This document shows positions 35,168 through 45,938 of a stretch of 64,000 nucleotides of DNA, one piece after another. The DNA is from an uncultured virus (IMG/VR IMGVR_UViG_3300009128_000001) (Duplodnaviria > Heunggongvirae > Uroviricota > Caudoviricetes). Below the pieces are notes generated by a model. It did no database searches and was not told the origin of the DNA. It worked only from the letters and a program-made list of their open reading frames with translations. The position numbers and the translations under genes are program-made. The stretch lies in IMG/VR virus record IMGVR_UViG_3300009128_000001; one strand, written 5' to 3'. Each line of letters begins with the position of its first letter. Within the stretch, counting starts at the first letter, position 1.

Positions 35168-37501
35168 TTAAATTTTTTCGCCGGGCGTCCACTTTACTCC
35201 GCTTACAGACACAGTAAGTACATCAATATCAGTATTATCAACCCCATCATCGTCTAATTCTAATCTCCACAATATAAGATCGTCTTCATAGTAATCGTCA
35301 ATACTAAATGGTCCAAAAGTCAACATCCCTACTTTAGTATTAGCCACCAGTCCGATGGAGCCTGTCGTAACTGTATCTGTCTGGGCTGCATTTGTCGTTA
35401 ACGTATCTGTATTAGCATACGTTCTGGCGGTTGGCGTTGTCCCTCCCGTTGGATCGGCCACTTCAACTGCCACCACCTCAACTGGCAACAAACTGCCAAT
35501 AAGAGTTACTGTGTTTGAGCCAACAAGTGTGCGCCTAAGAGTCACTTTAAAATATAGCGGAAATTGCGTTGCTACTCCTTGAGGTAAATTAAATTGATAC
35601 TGAATTGCATCACCATTAGTGTTAAGCCTCGAATTCTTGATAGTATGTGTCCAGCCAGAAGGCGCTCCTCCCGATCCAACAGAAAAAGATCCGTCACCAA
35701 CGCCACCGCCACCTTCTTCACCAAAAACATTTCCAGTAGCCTGTAATGTTTCAGACCATTGTGCCAACCCATGATATGTAGATAGCCCTGTTGAGCCCAC
35801 ATCATTATGACTGAATGCCATCTTCCACTGTTCAAATACTGGAGCAGTAGTTGAGCTGGTAGTAATTCGCACACGCAACCAATATGCCATTGTCCCATTA
35901 ATTGACTTGGTAGCCCACGTTGTATTTTCATCTAAATTTAGCCTGATATATTCTTCACTATTGGCGCGGAGGAATGGGTTGCTACCGTACTCATAATGCT
36001 CATCATCATCCGTAACCATCATCTCTACTGTTTGCCACGATACACCAGACCACACCTCAAATATATACACGCCATCTGCCGCACTAGCGGTAGTCTGTTT
36101 AATTTTATGGCCCCAATACTTAACATAACCATCAGTATTGGTTACGGTGCTCCCAATTAAGATTGAATAGCCGGCAGTTTTACCCTGGAATGTAAATGTA
36201 GATCCAGAGCTACTAGATGCAGCAGCTGTTTCATCTACAAAATTATCACCATCGTCTCCAACCGCCGCCGTATCATCTGTTGTCAGCACCACCATTCCAT
36301 GAGTTGTTGAGGGCCCTTGTCCAAACGCACAGCTTCTCGCAAACTCGGGTGATCCTACCCTAAGCTTACTCCAGCAAAACATACCCTCATTACCACTCTC
36401 TGCGTTTCCAAATAACATAAGAAAAGGAACATTATCCATGTACGTACCTGGGATGTCCATTTTTGATCGATCCATATCTACGCCCATGATATTCATTAAG
36501 CCAGATGTGGTGGCACTATCTACTGCCAAACAATAAGAGGTAGATTCGATTCTTCCAGAATTTACAATAAGTTCATGGCCATCTCCCTCAACATAGATGC
36601 CAATGTCGCCCGATAAAAACACAGCCCTGCCAATTTGTGCTTTTGCGGCCTCCACCACCAGGCATTCGTTAATAACGCATCCTTGCTGGACGCCCATGGT
36701 TTCTGCAATTAATGTTCCCCCACTAGCAATGTCCCACCCATAGTCCAAAGTTCCAGACCAAATATAAGTCATAACTGCCGTCATTTTTCCGCCAGTTACC
36801 TGGAAAGCGGCATCAGCAGTTCCGCTATTATAAAAACAATTGCGAAGAAATAAGTCACCATTTTGACATCTTATACCAACACCAGAGCCCCCTTGGCCCT
36901 CCAATCTGATATTATAACAAAGAGCCTCATCACTAGAACCGCTAGGACCATTAATAGCATAGGCGGCATCAGTTGGCAGCTCAACTGTTAGATCTTGTAC
37001 GGTTGAGCCATTGCTTAGCGCAATACGAGTTCCAGTCGCTGCTGCGCCATCTATTATTGTTCGGAACCCACCCCCTTGTAGTTTAACGCCCGCTGGAACA
37101 GTTACAGATTCACTATAAGTTCCAGGACCTACACGCACTATATCTCCAGAACTAGCTGCTGCCAAAGCCGCTGTTATTGTGGAATATGTTGACACCGATG
37201 AATCAGTAATTAACGAAATACCAGAACCTCCGGCCTCACTAAGCAATGCCACATCCTGAGCCGAACCATCAACATATAAGCTTATACGACCACTAGATGT
37301 ATTCATACCCAAATCGCCAGCTTGCAATGCCGCCTGAGTTCCATCCCATCGAAACAAATCAAGACCATCTGGGGCGCCCTCAATTGTATTGCTGCCAATC
37401 TGTACATTTTTAAAAGCACCACAAACCAAACATCTTTTAGTTCTCTGCCAAGGCCAAGTCCAAAGGTGCTTCCCTAATTTTTCGCATAAAGTTTTTTTCA
37501 T
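35168..37501 (-). CDS. tail-spike/fibre-like protein: Cys/His N-terminal module plus beta-helix-like domain
   Basis: YSTITAALAAA.SGD.V.VGPGTY.ESV pectin-lyase-fold cap; N-terminal module shared with three paralogues. Confidence 0.65.
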   Translation of the reverse strand: MKKTLCEKLGKHLWTWPWQRTKRCLVCGAFKNVQIGSNTIEGAPDGLDLFRWDGTQAALQAGDLGMNTSSGRISLYVDGSAQDVALLSEAGGSGISLITDSSVSTYSTITAALAAASSGDIVRVGPGTYSESVTVPAGVKLQGGGFRTIIDGAAATGTRIALSNGSTVQDLTVELPTDAAYAINGPSGSSDEALCYNIRLEGQGGSGVGIRCQNGDLFLRNCFYNSGTADAAFQVTGGKMTAVMTYIWSGTLDYGWDIASGGTLIAETMGVQQGCVINECLVVEAAKAQIGRAVFLSGDIGIYVEGDGHELIVNSGRIESTSYCLAVDSATTSGLMNIMGVDMDRSKMDIPGTYMDNVPFLMLFGNAESGNEGMFCWSKLRVGSPEFARSCAFGQGPSTTHGMVVLTTDDTAAVGDDGDNFVDETAAASSSSGSTFTFQGKTAGYSILIGSTVTNTDGYVKYWGHKIKQTTASAADGVYIFEVWSGVSWQTVEMMVTDDDEHYEYGSNPFLRANSEEYIRLNLDENTTWATKSINGTMAYWLRVRITTSSTTAPVFEQWKMAFSHNDVGSTGLSTYHGLAQWSETLQATGNVFGEEGGGGVGDGSFSVGSGGAPSGWTHTIKNSRLNTNGDAIQYQFNLPQGVATQFPLYFKVTLRRTLVGSNTVTLIGSLLPVEVVAVEVADPTGGTTPTARTYANTDTLTTNAAQTDTVTTGSIGLVANTKVGMLTFGPFSIDDYYEDDLILWRLELDDDGVDNTDIDVLTVSVSGVKWTPGEKI

Positions 37502-37504
37502 TTG

Positions 37505-40500
37505 TTACTCTCTACAATCTGCATGTATTGGTACGGCATAACTTATAGTTCTTCCACATGAATCCGCCTCCTGCTTACGAATTCTAAACACCACATCCTC
37601 ATTTTCTTGGAACCTTTGACCACAACATGGGCAAGCCTCATCGTCAAACCCCATATCGCCCTGGACAACAGTTTTAGCTCGAATTCGGCTGAACCTATTG
37701 GTATCTGAGCCTATATATCCCTCGTCATCATTTTCTGGCTCAAAATAACCATCATTCTGTAGCTCCATATTGCCGCCAAAAATAACATTTCCAGCTCCCA
37801 TCTCCCAATTTGGATCGCCAGTGGCTGTAACAGAAGTTGAGCTAAAGTCTACAGTATCATCGCCTATGCTGAACTGAGTTGCAGTAGATGCATCGGCTAT
37901 ATTGACAGTACCATTTGTTGAGCCAGCCCCGGGTATAATCGTGACAGTTCCGCCGGTATAGCTATCCAAAATATCATTTCCACCACTTAGAAGAAGACCT
38001 CCACCATTACCAGCATTTGCGTCGCCACCGCCGACCCACATCAATCCAGCATGAGAAGGCCCTGCTCCAATAGTACCCTGGCTACGTATTTGAAGCTGTC
38101 TGCCATCTGTGGTTGCCGAAGATTGTGATGCTTGGAATATATAAGGATCTACGACATCTTCACCAAATACTAATCCATAACCACCACCACTAGCCCCAAG
38201 TAAGATTTCACTCGCTTGGAGGCGCATATATCGGGTTCCGGCAATCATGGTATGGTATCCGCCTCCCGTTGGTACGTGGAAATGCATATCATTTACTGCA
38301 GTAGCGTCATTATTGCCGTAGATAATATTATTCGTATCTGTTACCCCCTCTCGTTCAGTTGTAACCAACGTAATATCAGCTGTATCGCCAAAGTTTCTAG
38401 CAATAATTCCGGCTTCACTTTCCATTCTGATTGCGCCATTACCAGGAACAATTGTACCTACTTCCAAAAATCCTTCAAACCTGCTGTCGCCAACAACCCT
38501 AAAGTCTTCAGCACCAGCCATGGAATTGGCCCCTATAACAACTGAGTCTGTTGCCCAATCTTCTGGGTACAAGGTCTGATTACCAGCATCGCGCGACCAA
38601 TATCCGTCAGACGATGGTGGGAAAGGAAACACAGTAACAAATGGATCGCCATCCAAAGATGCTCTAACTTCTTTTGCCGTATCATCATAAATAACACGAA
38701 GATGACCGGGAGAAGAAATCTCCGCATTTTCTCCATTGGCAATATCAAGAAATGCGCCATTACCAGGATCTTCTATAAAGACGCCAATCGGATCTAGGTA
38801 TCCATCTACAGTTAACTTGCCATCGATTTGTACATCGCCAGAGAACGTAGCCTCGGCTCCATCAATCTCTAATACTGTAGGGCCGCCCACCCTAAAGTAA
38901 TGAGATTCTCCGGCTGGAACCTGATAATATATGCTGGCCTGGTTAGCATCATTTTCACCAATACCTATAGATCCTGCAGCACATTGAAGAACATCCAGAT
39001 TATTCGAGAGCCCATCATCCCATTGTATAGAATCACCATTACTTAGGTTTAATCTACCCCCAGTTGCAGGATCTGGACCAAGATCCAGATCTCCCACAAT
39101 CTCTACATCATCATTGAACTCTGCAGCAACATCACATGACGCTAAGACCTCACTTACACTAAATCGTGTTATCCCGTTAGCCCTAAGCTGTATTTCTTTA
39201 TTTGCGGCGGCATACAGAATAACATCATTAACGCTGCCAAGATCGTCACCAACCGTTATGTTGTTATAACCGTCAACAAAAATACCCCTAATATCATCTC
39301 CATTACCAGCATTTCTCCAGTACACAGAGGCGTTATTTGCCAGCCTTAGAGCGCCAACCTGAGCTGGTATAGATCCTATTTCTACAAAGTTAGTTGCATC
39401 AAAACTAGAAGCATTAACTTCATTACCAAACGTAGCAACTCCTGCTCCAAAGTGCCAACTAGGGTTACCAGTGGCGGTAACCGAGGCTGTACCACCCATG
39501 ATAAAATCTAGTCCCGAATCACCAATGTCTATCATAGCATTTCCGGCACCATCATCCAGATAAAGAGAGCCATCAGCGTCAACACCCCCACCAGGCCTAA
39601 TTCGTATATCTCCACCTGAAGAAGCTAACCCGGTACAAGTTTGCGCCCGAATAAGAAGCATATCTCCTGTTTCTGATGGAGTTGCGTCATCATCTTGGGT
39701 TATTATTGGATCTGTTGAAACATTTGCGCCAAACTCTAGAAGCGGCACGCCAAGTTCTACTTTATTTGTATCGGCATCTATTGCGGCCACAGCGCCAGAC
39801 TGTAAAATTATACTGCTCGTAGGATTGACAGAGATTATTACATCATTTAAAGAGCCATGATCTGATCCTAGATGGAAATTATCGGCTCCATCTAATCCCA
39901 CCAAATCAATCTCAGCAGTCATACCACTGTCAGGCCACTTAATAAAGGTGTTATTGGCTAGCGATATTTCATCAGTACCTATTATTGGAGATAAGGTTCC
40001 TTCGACAGGATCTCTATACCAGTACCCATCACTCGCGCCTCCACCTGTGGGAGCTTGCCAGGTAGCATTCCCCAAACTATCCGAAGTTAACACATAACCA
40101 TTATTTGTAGGACTTCCAGTTATTTGCAGCGTGTCCAGTATAGTTTGTCCCGAAACATCCAACGGAGCTGTTGGCGTATCATTACCTATTCCGACATATC
40201 CATCTCCATCTATAATAAATACGCTATTTCCTTCATCCTCACAATTAAAGAAGTTACCTAACGTACCTCCCTCATTTTGAAGAGTAAGCATCGATGACAA
40301 CCTGGTGTTATACCCATCAATCTCGTCAGGCAATACCATAATCATGCCTGCGGCCAATTCCGAGCTGGTATCTATCGCGCCAACTTCCATCACCACGCCG
40401 ACTGCAGCCGAATCAACCCCCATGTTGCCACTAAATTTAGAATCTATACTAAGGCCTACAGCAAATGCGTCTGCTCCTATGTCTCCCAAAACACCTGTAT

Positions 40501-43500
40501 TTATTGTAAAGCCAGTACGCTCAGTACTATCAGGTATGTCATTTACCTCAAGATTAAATTCTACAGTATCTTCGCTACCGGGCTGTACATCTGATAATGC
40601 ACGAGATACATACATCACAGGAGACAGATCGTCACCAATGATTTTAAGTTTGTGACTGCCACTTGTATCAACAGTGCCGATAACAACATCATAATCAGGC
40701 TGTTGCGGCCTTATGGCATCTACACCATCCTGTATCCATAAGCCGCCGCCAGCGTAGCCATCACCAATAGGCTGGTATGATCCGCCATTATAAGATGCTC
40801 GCAATTCATTATTATACTGATCATATACTAGACGGCATGTGTTTGGAGGTGACAGATCTGCGCCATCTCCAACGCCCAACTCCAAAAAGGCATCTGCTGT
40901 TGGGCTATCTATAATAACAGCAATAGGATCTAAATATCCGTCTACTGTTAATTTTCCATCAATTTGTACGTCAGAACTAAACTCGGCATCCATTACACAT
41001 GAAAACAGTGATTCATCCACTCTGAAAACAGTGCTTACGGGGGCAAGTCCATCTTCTATCTCGAAATAGGCTCCCGACAGAGTTCCTCCCTCTTTTTCCA
41101 CCTTTAAAATAGTATCCATGTAAGACGCACTACCACCAATTAATGCCGGCTGTAATATATGTACGCCAGTAAATTCGCCATCCGCATCAATTTTGCCTGA
41201 AGATACTCTTAACCCAATGCCCTCCGCTGAAGCATCCCAAGATCCATCACTACCAGCATCAATATCTAGCCCTATACCAGTTCCACTAGTATTAGCGCCA
41301 AGACCGCCAAGAATACGCATAGCAGTAAAGGTGTTGCCAGAAGTCACGTCCGCTCTCGCTTGAACGTCCATAGCGATTTGTGTAGACACTGCGGTGCTTC
41401 CTGGACGAACAAATAATGCCATGGGCTCACCGGGAGTACCAAGAACTCTAATGGTTTCATTGCCAGACATTCCGGTAGTGCCTATAGCAACATTATCATC
41501 AAACACTGCATTGCCGACAACTCGGAACATTTCAGATCCGGCCATCTCGTCATCACCGACAACAACCTGATCAGTTAAATAACCATCTGGGAAAATTACA
41601 TTAGCCACCTCTGTCCATGGACTGCTGTCTGATTCGGTTAGGATATCTTCATAAGTATTTCCGTCCATTGAAGCCTGGAATGTTTGCGTAGACTCGTTAT
41701 AAATTATGCGGCCTTCGTCTGACTTACTAACATCGGAATTTTGACCATCATCCATCTCAAGACACATAGCCTGCCCGGACGGATCCTGAAGCCTAAACTG
41801 ATATTGACCAACAGGATCTTCTAAGAAGCGGGACCGCAACGCACCGCCAATATTGAATACAATTCCCTGCTGAGATGGAACGACCAAAGAAATAGAGGTC
41901 ATGTCAAAATCATTACCACCGATACTTACTCCATCACCCAAAGTATTAAGAATGGGAACGTCACCCAAACCACCAGCTGTTCTTGCATATATTTGTGTAT
42001 TAGCAGTTAAACGAATATCTCCTGTTTGCGCAGGAGTATCACCAAACTCTACATACTCGGAAACAAGAGATACATAAGAGTCAGTATCACCTACATTTGT
42101 ACCAACCTCTATTGCACCTCTGCCGTAACCATCTGTTATATAGACAATTCCATTTACGAAATCACCCTCTCCAGGCCTAATGAATAATGCTCCTCCAGTA
42201 CCGCCAGGATTTAAAGAGTCGCCGCCTTGTACAAATACGGAACCCCCACCTCCTCCAACAGCGCTTGCCTGACCTCGGATTGTAAGGTTGTTTGCCGCGC
42301 CACCGCCCGTATGATCAAAAAACGTTATAATACCCGAGCCCGAAGTGGGGTTTTCAGTAAACCTGAAAACTCCGCCACCACAAACAATATTTCCATCAAG
42401 TCTTAATTGCTCGCCAGAAACAGGTGATGACGCGCCCATTCCAAGCCCAATATAACCGCCGTTTACAGCCCCAGATACAACAACAGTTTGCACGCCACCA
42501 TGATCGAACAAATAAGCCTCACCAGATGTGGCCGAATAAAAGAACTCTGGTCCTCCGAATACTCCTGTGGCAAAATCACCTTGGACAGAACCAGATACTG
42601 TCGTGCCAATATTACCATAACCTTCCACGCCAAAAACAGCTGCAGGAGTTGTTCCATCACTATCTAGGAATTCAACCATTGTCCCGCTAGCGCCCGGAGC
42701 ACTAATAACAGTTAGAGTTCCGCCAACAGTGCTTGTACCTTCACCTTGGCCCAACAGAACTTGCATGGAGCCTCCCTCTCCATTCTGCATCCCATCACCA
42801 CTATAACCATCGCCCAGGTCTACAACAAGATCGCCACCATTCGCTGCAAATCCAGCACCAACCGCGGCGCCCCTTCCAGTAATAATACGCACCTGCGCTC
42901 CATCATAACTGCCAGAAGAGCCTCCAACAGCAGACGAACCTACTTCTAACTTGATATCACCGCTGTATCCATCAGAAGCTTCTGCAGTAATAATTGAAAT
43001 ATCAGGTATCCAACCAATTGGGCTTGTCGGAGGTCGGGCGCAAACTATATTTAGTTGTTGATCAAGGCACATAAAAGCAAATTCATGAACATTATCACCG
43101 GCATCCTCTCCCAAAACGGTAAAAGCGGACATCCAAGTGTTAGGATTGCCTTTTTCTGGAACTTCTGCAGTAAAAGCAGATATAAAAGCATCACCATCGT
43201 CACCGGCAAAACTTCTAGTATCAGACTTGAAACAATGAACCATATCATTGGGCCCAAGGGGATTCATGCGACGCATTTCTGTGTTTACTAAAGTGGCATC
43301 ATCAAAATCACACCACCCAGAAACATAGAGCACATCTTCATCTCCTGGCTGCCCATCCAAGAAGGTTATACCCTGAACGCGTAACTTTTCACCCTCTCCA
43401 GATGTAAACATTCCACCAATTACTACATCCCACTGGGTGTTCTGCGGAGAAAGCATGTACCCATCTCTTAATGACCAAAAGCCGTCATAGCCATCATATC

Positions 43501-44968
43501 CATCAGAACCAATAGGAATCCACCCATTAGTATCAGGAGTGGACATCTCCCATTCTCTCTCAAATTCATTATACCGCAATCTTCCAAAATCATCTGCGGG
43601 ACCTACTGGAGCTGCAAAACTTCCATCATGTGCTTCATAATATGCGGCATCTCCACCAGAATCTTCGATAATTACGGCCGTAGGATCAATAATACCAGCT
43701 ACCGTTAATTTGCCGCCTATAACAGCATCACCAACTACCTGGAATTGCTCTCCACCAATTGGACCTGCTGTTGCTGCCGGACCTATCCCTACATAACCGC
43801 TGTTTGTAAATGCATCCAGCAAAATATTGGTACTATTAAACTGATCATATAGCATCAATGATTCTTGTGTCTGCGAATAATACATGCGAGCCACATTCAA
43901 CTGTCCCGCAGAAAGATCCCCCTGATTAGTTGCATCAGCGGCAGACCCAAGTTGTAAGTTTCCTTCCAACTGTGTATTACCAACCACGCGAAGTTTTTCA
44001 CTACCAGTTGTAAAAGTATCGCCGATAACTACATTGTAATCTGTGTCATCAGGGAATAAATCATCTCCGTTTAACCTCCAATAATCATACCCATCATAAC
44101 CATCACCGCCAGGAGCCCAATGAACAAATCCCCAGGCATCAGATGTTAAAACATAGCCAGGTTGTGCGCCATCAACTAAGAAATACCGGCCGTCAGAACT
44201 GATACCAGAAAAAACATGACCATCACTACGAGTAAATCTAACTAAATCCCTAAATTGTCCGGGCGCACCCTGTAATCTGAATAATTGCTGCTGTCCATCT
44301 TGTGACTCAAATATAACTTGACCGTGTTCGCCACCAGCATATGCTAACCCGGGCCGTACTATAAAGCTACCGCCGGTCGAAACTGGATCTGGAACTGTTG
44401 CATTAGTATCACCCAAATCAAAAACAGCATCACCAGCACTATGAAAATATCCATCACCAGTGGAAACATGAAAATCGTAACCGTAACCATCAGATCCCTG
44501 CCATATTTCGATATTACAGTCGTTATCTAAGCATAAAATAGCAGTATCCCATCGAGACGGCAGCCCCCCTCCACCAGGGCCAGCCCCACTTACTAGCATG
44601 GCCGCAGCATGGGCATCACCAGCTGGATCTCTATTAGGCTCTATAGCTGCATATCCCGCTAATATTGATTGGAAAGCATCGCCAGCAACCTCAGAAACTT
44701 GAGCAAAATAACAAACAAGACCCTCTCCCTCATTCATCGGTGCTGTCCTAGTTATAGCTGCACCTACAACACCAGTATTTACAACACCAGGACCAAATGT
44801 GATATCAAAAATAACTGGAGGGGGACCTGGAACATCTAGAGTGGCTAGTACACCTAAATTCAATCCAGAGTCACGATCTCCGCTAATAGCTACTACGTTA
44901 TTTTGATCATAGCCATCTACCAGTACTATTTCTGGGATGCTTCTGTTATATATGAAACCATTCGCCAT
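37505..44968 (-). CDS. giant acidic Gly-rich modular fibre-like protein (2487 aa)
   Basis: Repeated KLTV.G..DP, GG...I..G.G and VGIG modules; 21 DGY; C-terminal CPCC...H..C. Confidence 0.7.
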   Translation of the reverse strand: MANGFIYNRSIPEIVLVDGYDQNNVVAISGDRDSGLNLGVLATLDVPGPPPVIFDITFGPGVVNTGVVGAAITRTAPMNEGEGLVCYFAQVSEVAGDAFQSILAGYAAIEPNRDPAGDAHAAAMLVSGAGPGGGGLPSRWDTAILCLDNDCNIEIWQGSDGYGYDFHVSTGDGYFHSAGDAVFDLGDTNATVPDPVSTGGSFIVRPGLAYAGGEHGQVIFESQDGQQQLFRLQGAPGQFRDLVRFTRSDGHVFSGISSDGRYFLVDGAQPGYVLTSDAWGFVHWAPGGDGYDGYDYWRLNGDDLFPDDTDYNVVIGDTFTTGSEKLRVVGNTQLEGNLQLGSAADATNQGDLSAGQLNVARMYYSQTQESLMLYDQFNSTNILLDAFTNSGYVGIGPAATAGPIGGEQFQVVGDAVIGGKLTVAGIIDPTAVIIEDSGGDAAYYEAHDGSFAAPVGPADDFGRLRYNEFEREWEMSTPDTNGWIPIGSDGYDGYDGFWSLRDGYMLSPQNTQWDVVIGGMFTSGEGEKLRVQGITFLDGQPGDEDVLYVSGWCDFDDATLVNTEMRRMNPLGPNDMVHCFKSDTRSFAGDDGDAFISAFTAEVPEKGNPNTWMSAFTVLGEDAGDNVHEFAFMCLDQQLNIVCARPPTSPIGWIPDISIITAEASDGYSGDIKLEVGSSAVGGSSGSYDGAQVRIITGRGAAVGAGFAANGGDLVVDLGDGYSGDGMQNGEGGSMQVLLGQGEGTSTVGGTLTVISAPGASGTMVEFLDSDGTTPAAVFGVEGYGNIGTTVSGSVQGDFATGVFGGPEFFYSATSGEAYLFDHGGVQTVVVSGAVNGGYIGLGMGASSPVSGEQLRLDGNIVCGGGVFRFTENPTSGSGIITFFDHTGGGAANNLTIRGQASAVGGGGGSVFVQGGDSLNPGGTGGALFIRPGEGDFVNGIVYITDGYGRGAIEVGTNVGDTDSYVSLVSEYVEFGDTPAQTGDIRLTANTQIYARTAGGLGDVPILNTLGDGVSIGGNDFDMTSISLVVPSQQGIVFNIGGALRSRFLEDPVGQYQFRLQDPSGQAMCLEMDDGQNSDVSKSDEGRIIYNESTQTFQASMDGNTYEDILTESDSSPWTEVANVIFPDGYLTDQVVVGDDEMAGSEMFRVVGNAVFDDNVAIGTTGMSGNETIRVLGTPGEPMALFVRPGSTAVSTQIAMDVQARADVTSGNTFTAMRILGGLGANTSGTGIGLDIDAGSDGSWDASAEGIGLRVSSGKIDADGEFTGVHILQPALIGGSASYMDTILKVEKEGGTLSGAYFEIEDGLAPVSTVFRVDESLFSCVMDAEFSSDVQIDGKLTVDGYLDPIAVIIDSPTADAFLELGVGDGADLSPPNTCRLVYDQYNNELRASYNGGSYQPIGDGYAGGGLWIQDGVDAIRPQQPDYDVVIGTVDTSGSHKLKIIGDDLSPVMYVSRALSDVQPGSEDTVEFNLEVNDIPDSTERTGFTINTGVLGDIGADAFAVGLSIDSKFSGNMGVDSAAVGVVMEVGAIDTSSELAAGMIMVLPDEIDGYNTRLSSMLTLQNEGGTLGNFFNCEDEGNSVFIIDGDGYVGIGNDTPTAPLDVSGQTILDTLQITGSPTNNGYVLTSDSLGNATWQAPTGGGASDGYWYRDPVEGTLSPIIGTDEISLANNTFIKWPDSGMTAEIDLVGLDGADNFHLGSDHGSLNDVIISVNPTSSIILQSGAVAAIDADTNKVELGVPLLEFGANVSTDPIITQDDDATPSETGDMLLIRAQTCTGLASSGGDIRIRPGGGVDADGSLYLDDGAGNAMIDIGDSGLDFIMGGTASVTATGNPSWHFGAGVATFGNEVNASSFDATNFVEIGSIPAQVGALRLANNASVYWRNAGNGDDIRGIFVDGYNNITVGDDLGSVNDVILYAAANKEIQLRANGITRFSVSEVLASCDVAAEFNDDVEIVGDLDLGPDPATGGRLNLSNGDSIQWDDGLSNNLDVLQCAAGSIGIGENDANQASIYYQVPAGESHYFRVGGPTVLEIDGAEATFSGDVQIDGKLTVDGYLDPIGVFIEDPGNGAFLDIANGENAEISSPGHLRVIYDDTAKEVRASLDGDPFVTVFPFPPSSDGYWSRDAGNQTLYPEDWATDSVVIGANSMAGAEDFRVVGDSRFEGFLEVGTIVPGNGAIRMESEAGIIARNFGDTADITLVTTEREGVTDTNNIIYGNNDATAVNDMHFHVPTGGGYHTMIAGTRYMRLQASEILLGASGGGYGLVFGEDVVDPYIFQASQSSATTDGRQLQIRSQGTIGAGPSHAGLMWVGGGDANAGNGGGLLLSGGNDILDSYTGGTVTIIPGAGSTNGTVNIADASTATQFSIGDDTVDFSSTSVTATGDPNWEMGAGNVIFGGNMELQNDGYFEPENDDEGYIGSDTNRFSRIRAKTVVQGDMGFDDEACPCCGQRFQENEDVVFRIRKQEADSCGRTISYAVPIHADCRE

Positions 44969-45109
44969 TATTATCTCACTATGTGTCTTGTTATTTTAAA
45001 CCAATTTACAATAAAATTGCTAAATTCAGCGCTTACAGCAATGCGAATTTAGGCGTTGGATGGTCCAAAATTTTGTTATTATTATGTTATTTTATTCAAG
45101 AAAAAAATA

Positions 45110-45925
45110 TTATAATGTTTTCATTGGCCACCAAGCAAGGGTCGCTCGCGATCCATCCTGGAAAAAATCAGTAATATCTGTAACTAAAGCGATAGATGTA
45201 ACATTTGCCCCGATGGCCGAGTGCGCTATCCTCATGTAAGAATGTTGTGTAGAAGAATAAGTTACAGCATCGCCCCAATGCATTACCCCTGCCCTAGTAT
45301 TTGCCATTATATATGTGTTATCTCTACCAGGCCAAATCCATGTTTGAAACCACCCCTCGTGCGGATTCACAAAATCACCATTATCTCCATGAAGTATAGC
45401 GGTTCTACTTCCAGAATAAATATTTTCAGATGCCGCACCTAAAGTTTCTTCAATTACGTAATAATTATTACCAGGATCTGGTCCATTTCCATTTATATCA
45501 AGGTACATTAAATACTCTGTTGTTGGGGCGTCCATTAGGCCAATATACATACAGGTAAGGCAGTAAGCTCCATCGCCATCGCCATCAAGATCAATAAACC
45601 TTATTTCATTTGCGGGGCTCCCAACAACCCTAATCGTTTCAATTTGTGTTAAAGACTCATCTATATGTATCAAATCACGACTGGTCCCCCCTCTAAACAT
45701 TTGGGGCCTTCCATTTGACACGTCCATTCCCAAATCACCAGCCTGTAACGCATTTTGTGATCCAGACCATCTAAGCACATCATGTCCAAGCACAGGAGTC
45801 GATTCAATAGTATTTTCACCAGCCTGCAAGCTTTGAAATGCACCACATACAATACACCTTTTACTTTGTTGCCACGGCCACAACCAAGTATGCTTTCCTC
45901 TTTTTTTGCATAGAGATTTCTTCAT
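45110..45925 (-). CDS. putative fibre-tip/receptor-binding protein, paralogue 1
   Basis: CKKRGKH.W.WPWQ..KRC.VCGA module; HEGWFQTWIW; ends WWPMK. Confidence 0.6.
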   Translation of the reverse strand: MKKSLCKKRGKHTWLWPWQQSKRCIVCGAFQSLQAGENTIESTPVLGHDVLRWSGSQNALQAGDLGMDVSNGRPQMFRGGTSRDLIHIDESLTQIETIRVVGSPANEIRFIDLDGDGDGAYCLTCMYIGLMDAPTTEYLMYLDINGNGPDPGNNYYVIEETLGAASENIYSGSRTAILHGDNGDFVNPHEGWFQTWIWPGRDNTYIMANTRAGVMHWGDAVTYSSTQHSYMRIAHSAIGANVTSIALVTDITDFFQDGSRATLAWWPMKTL

Positions 45926-45938
45926 TATTTTCCTGTTG

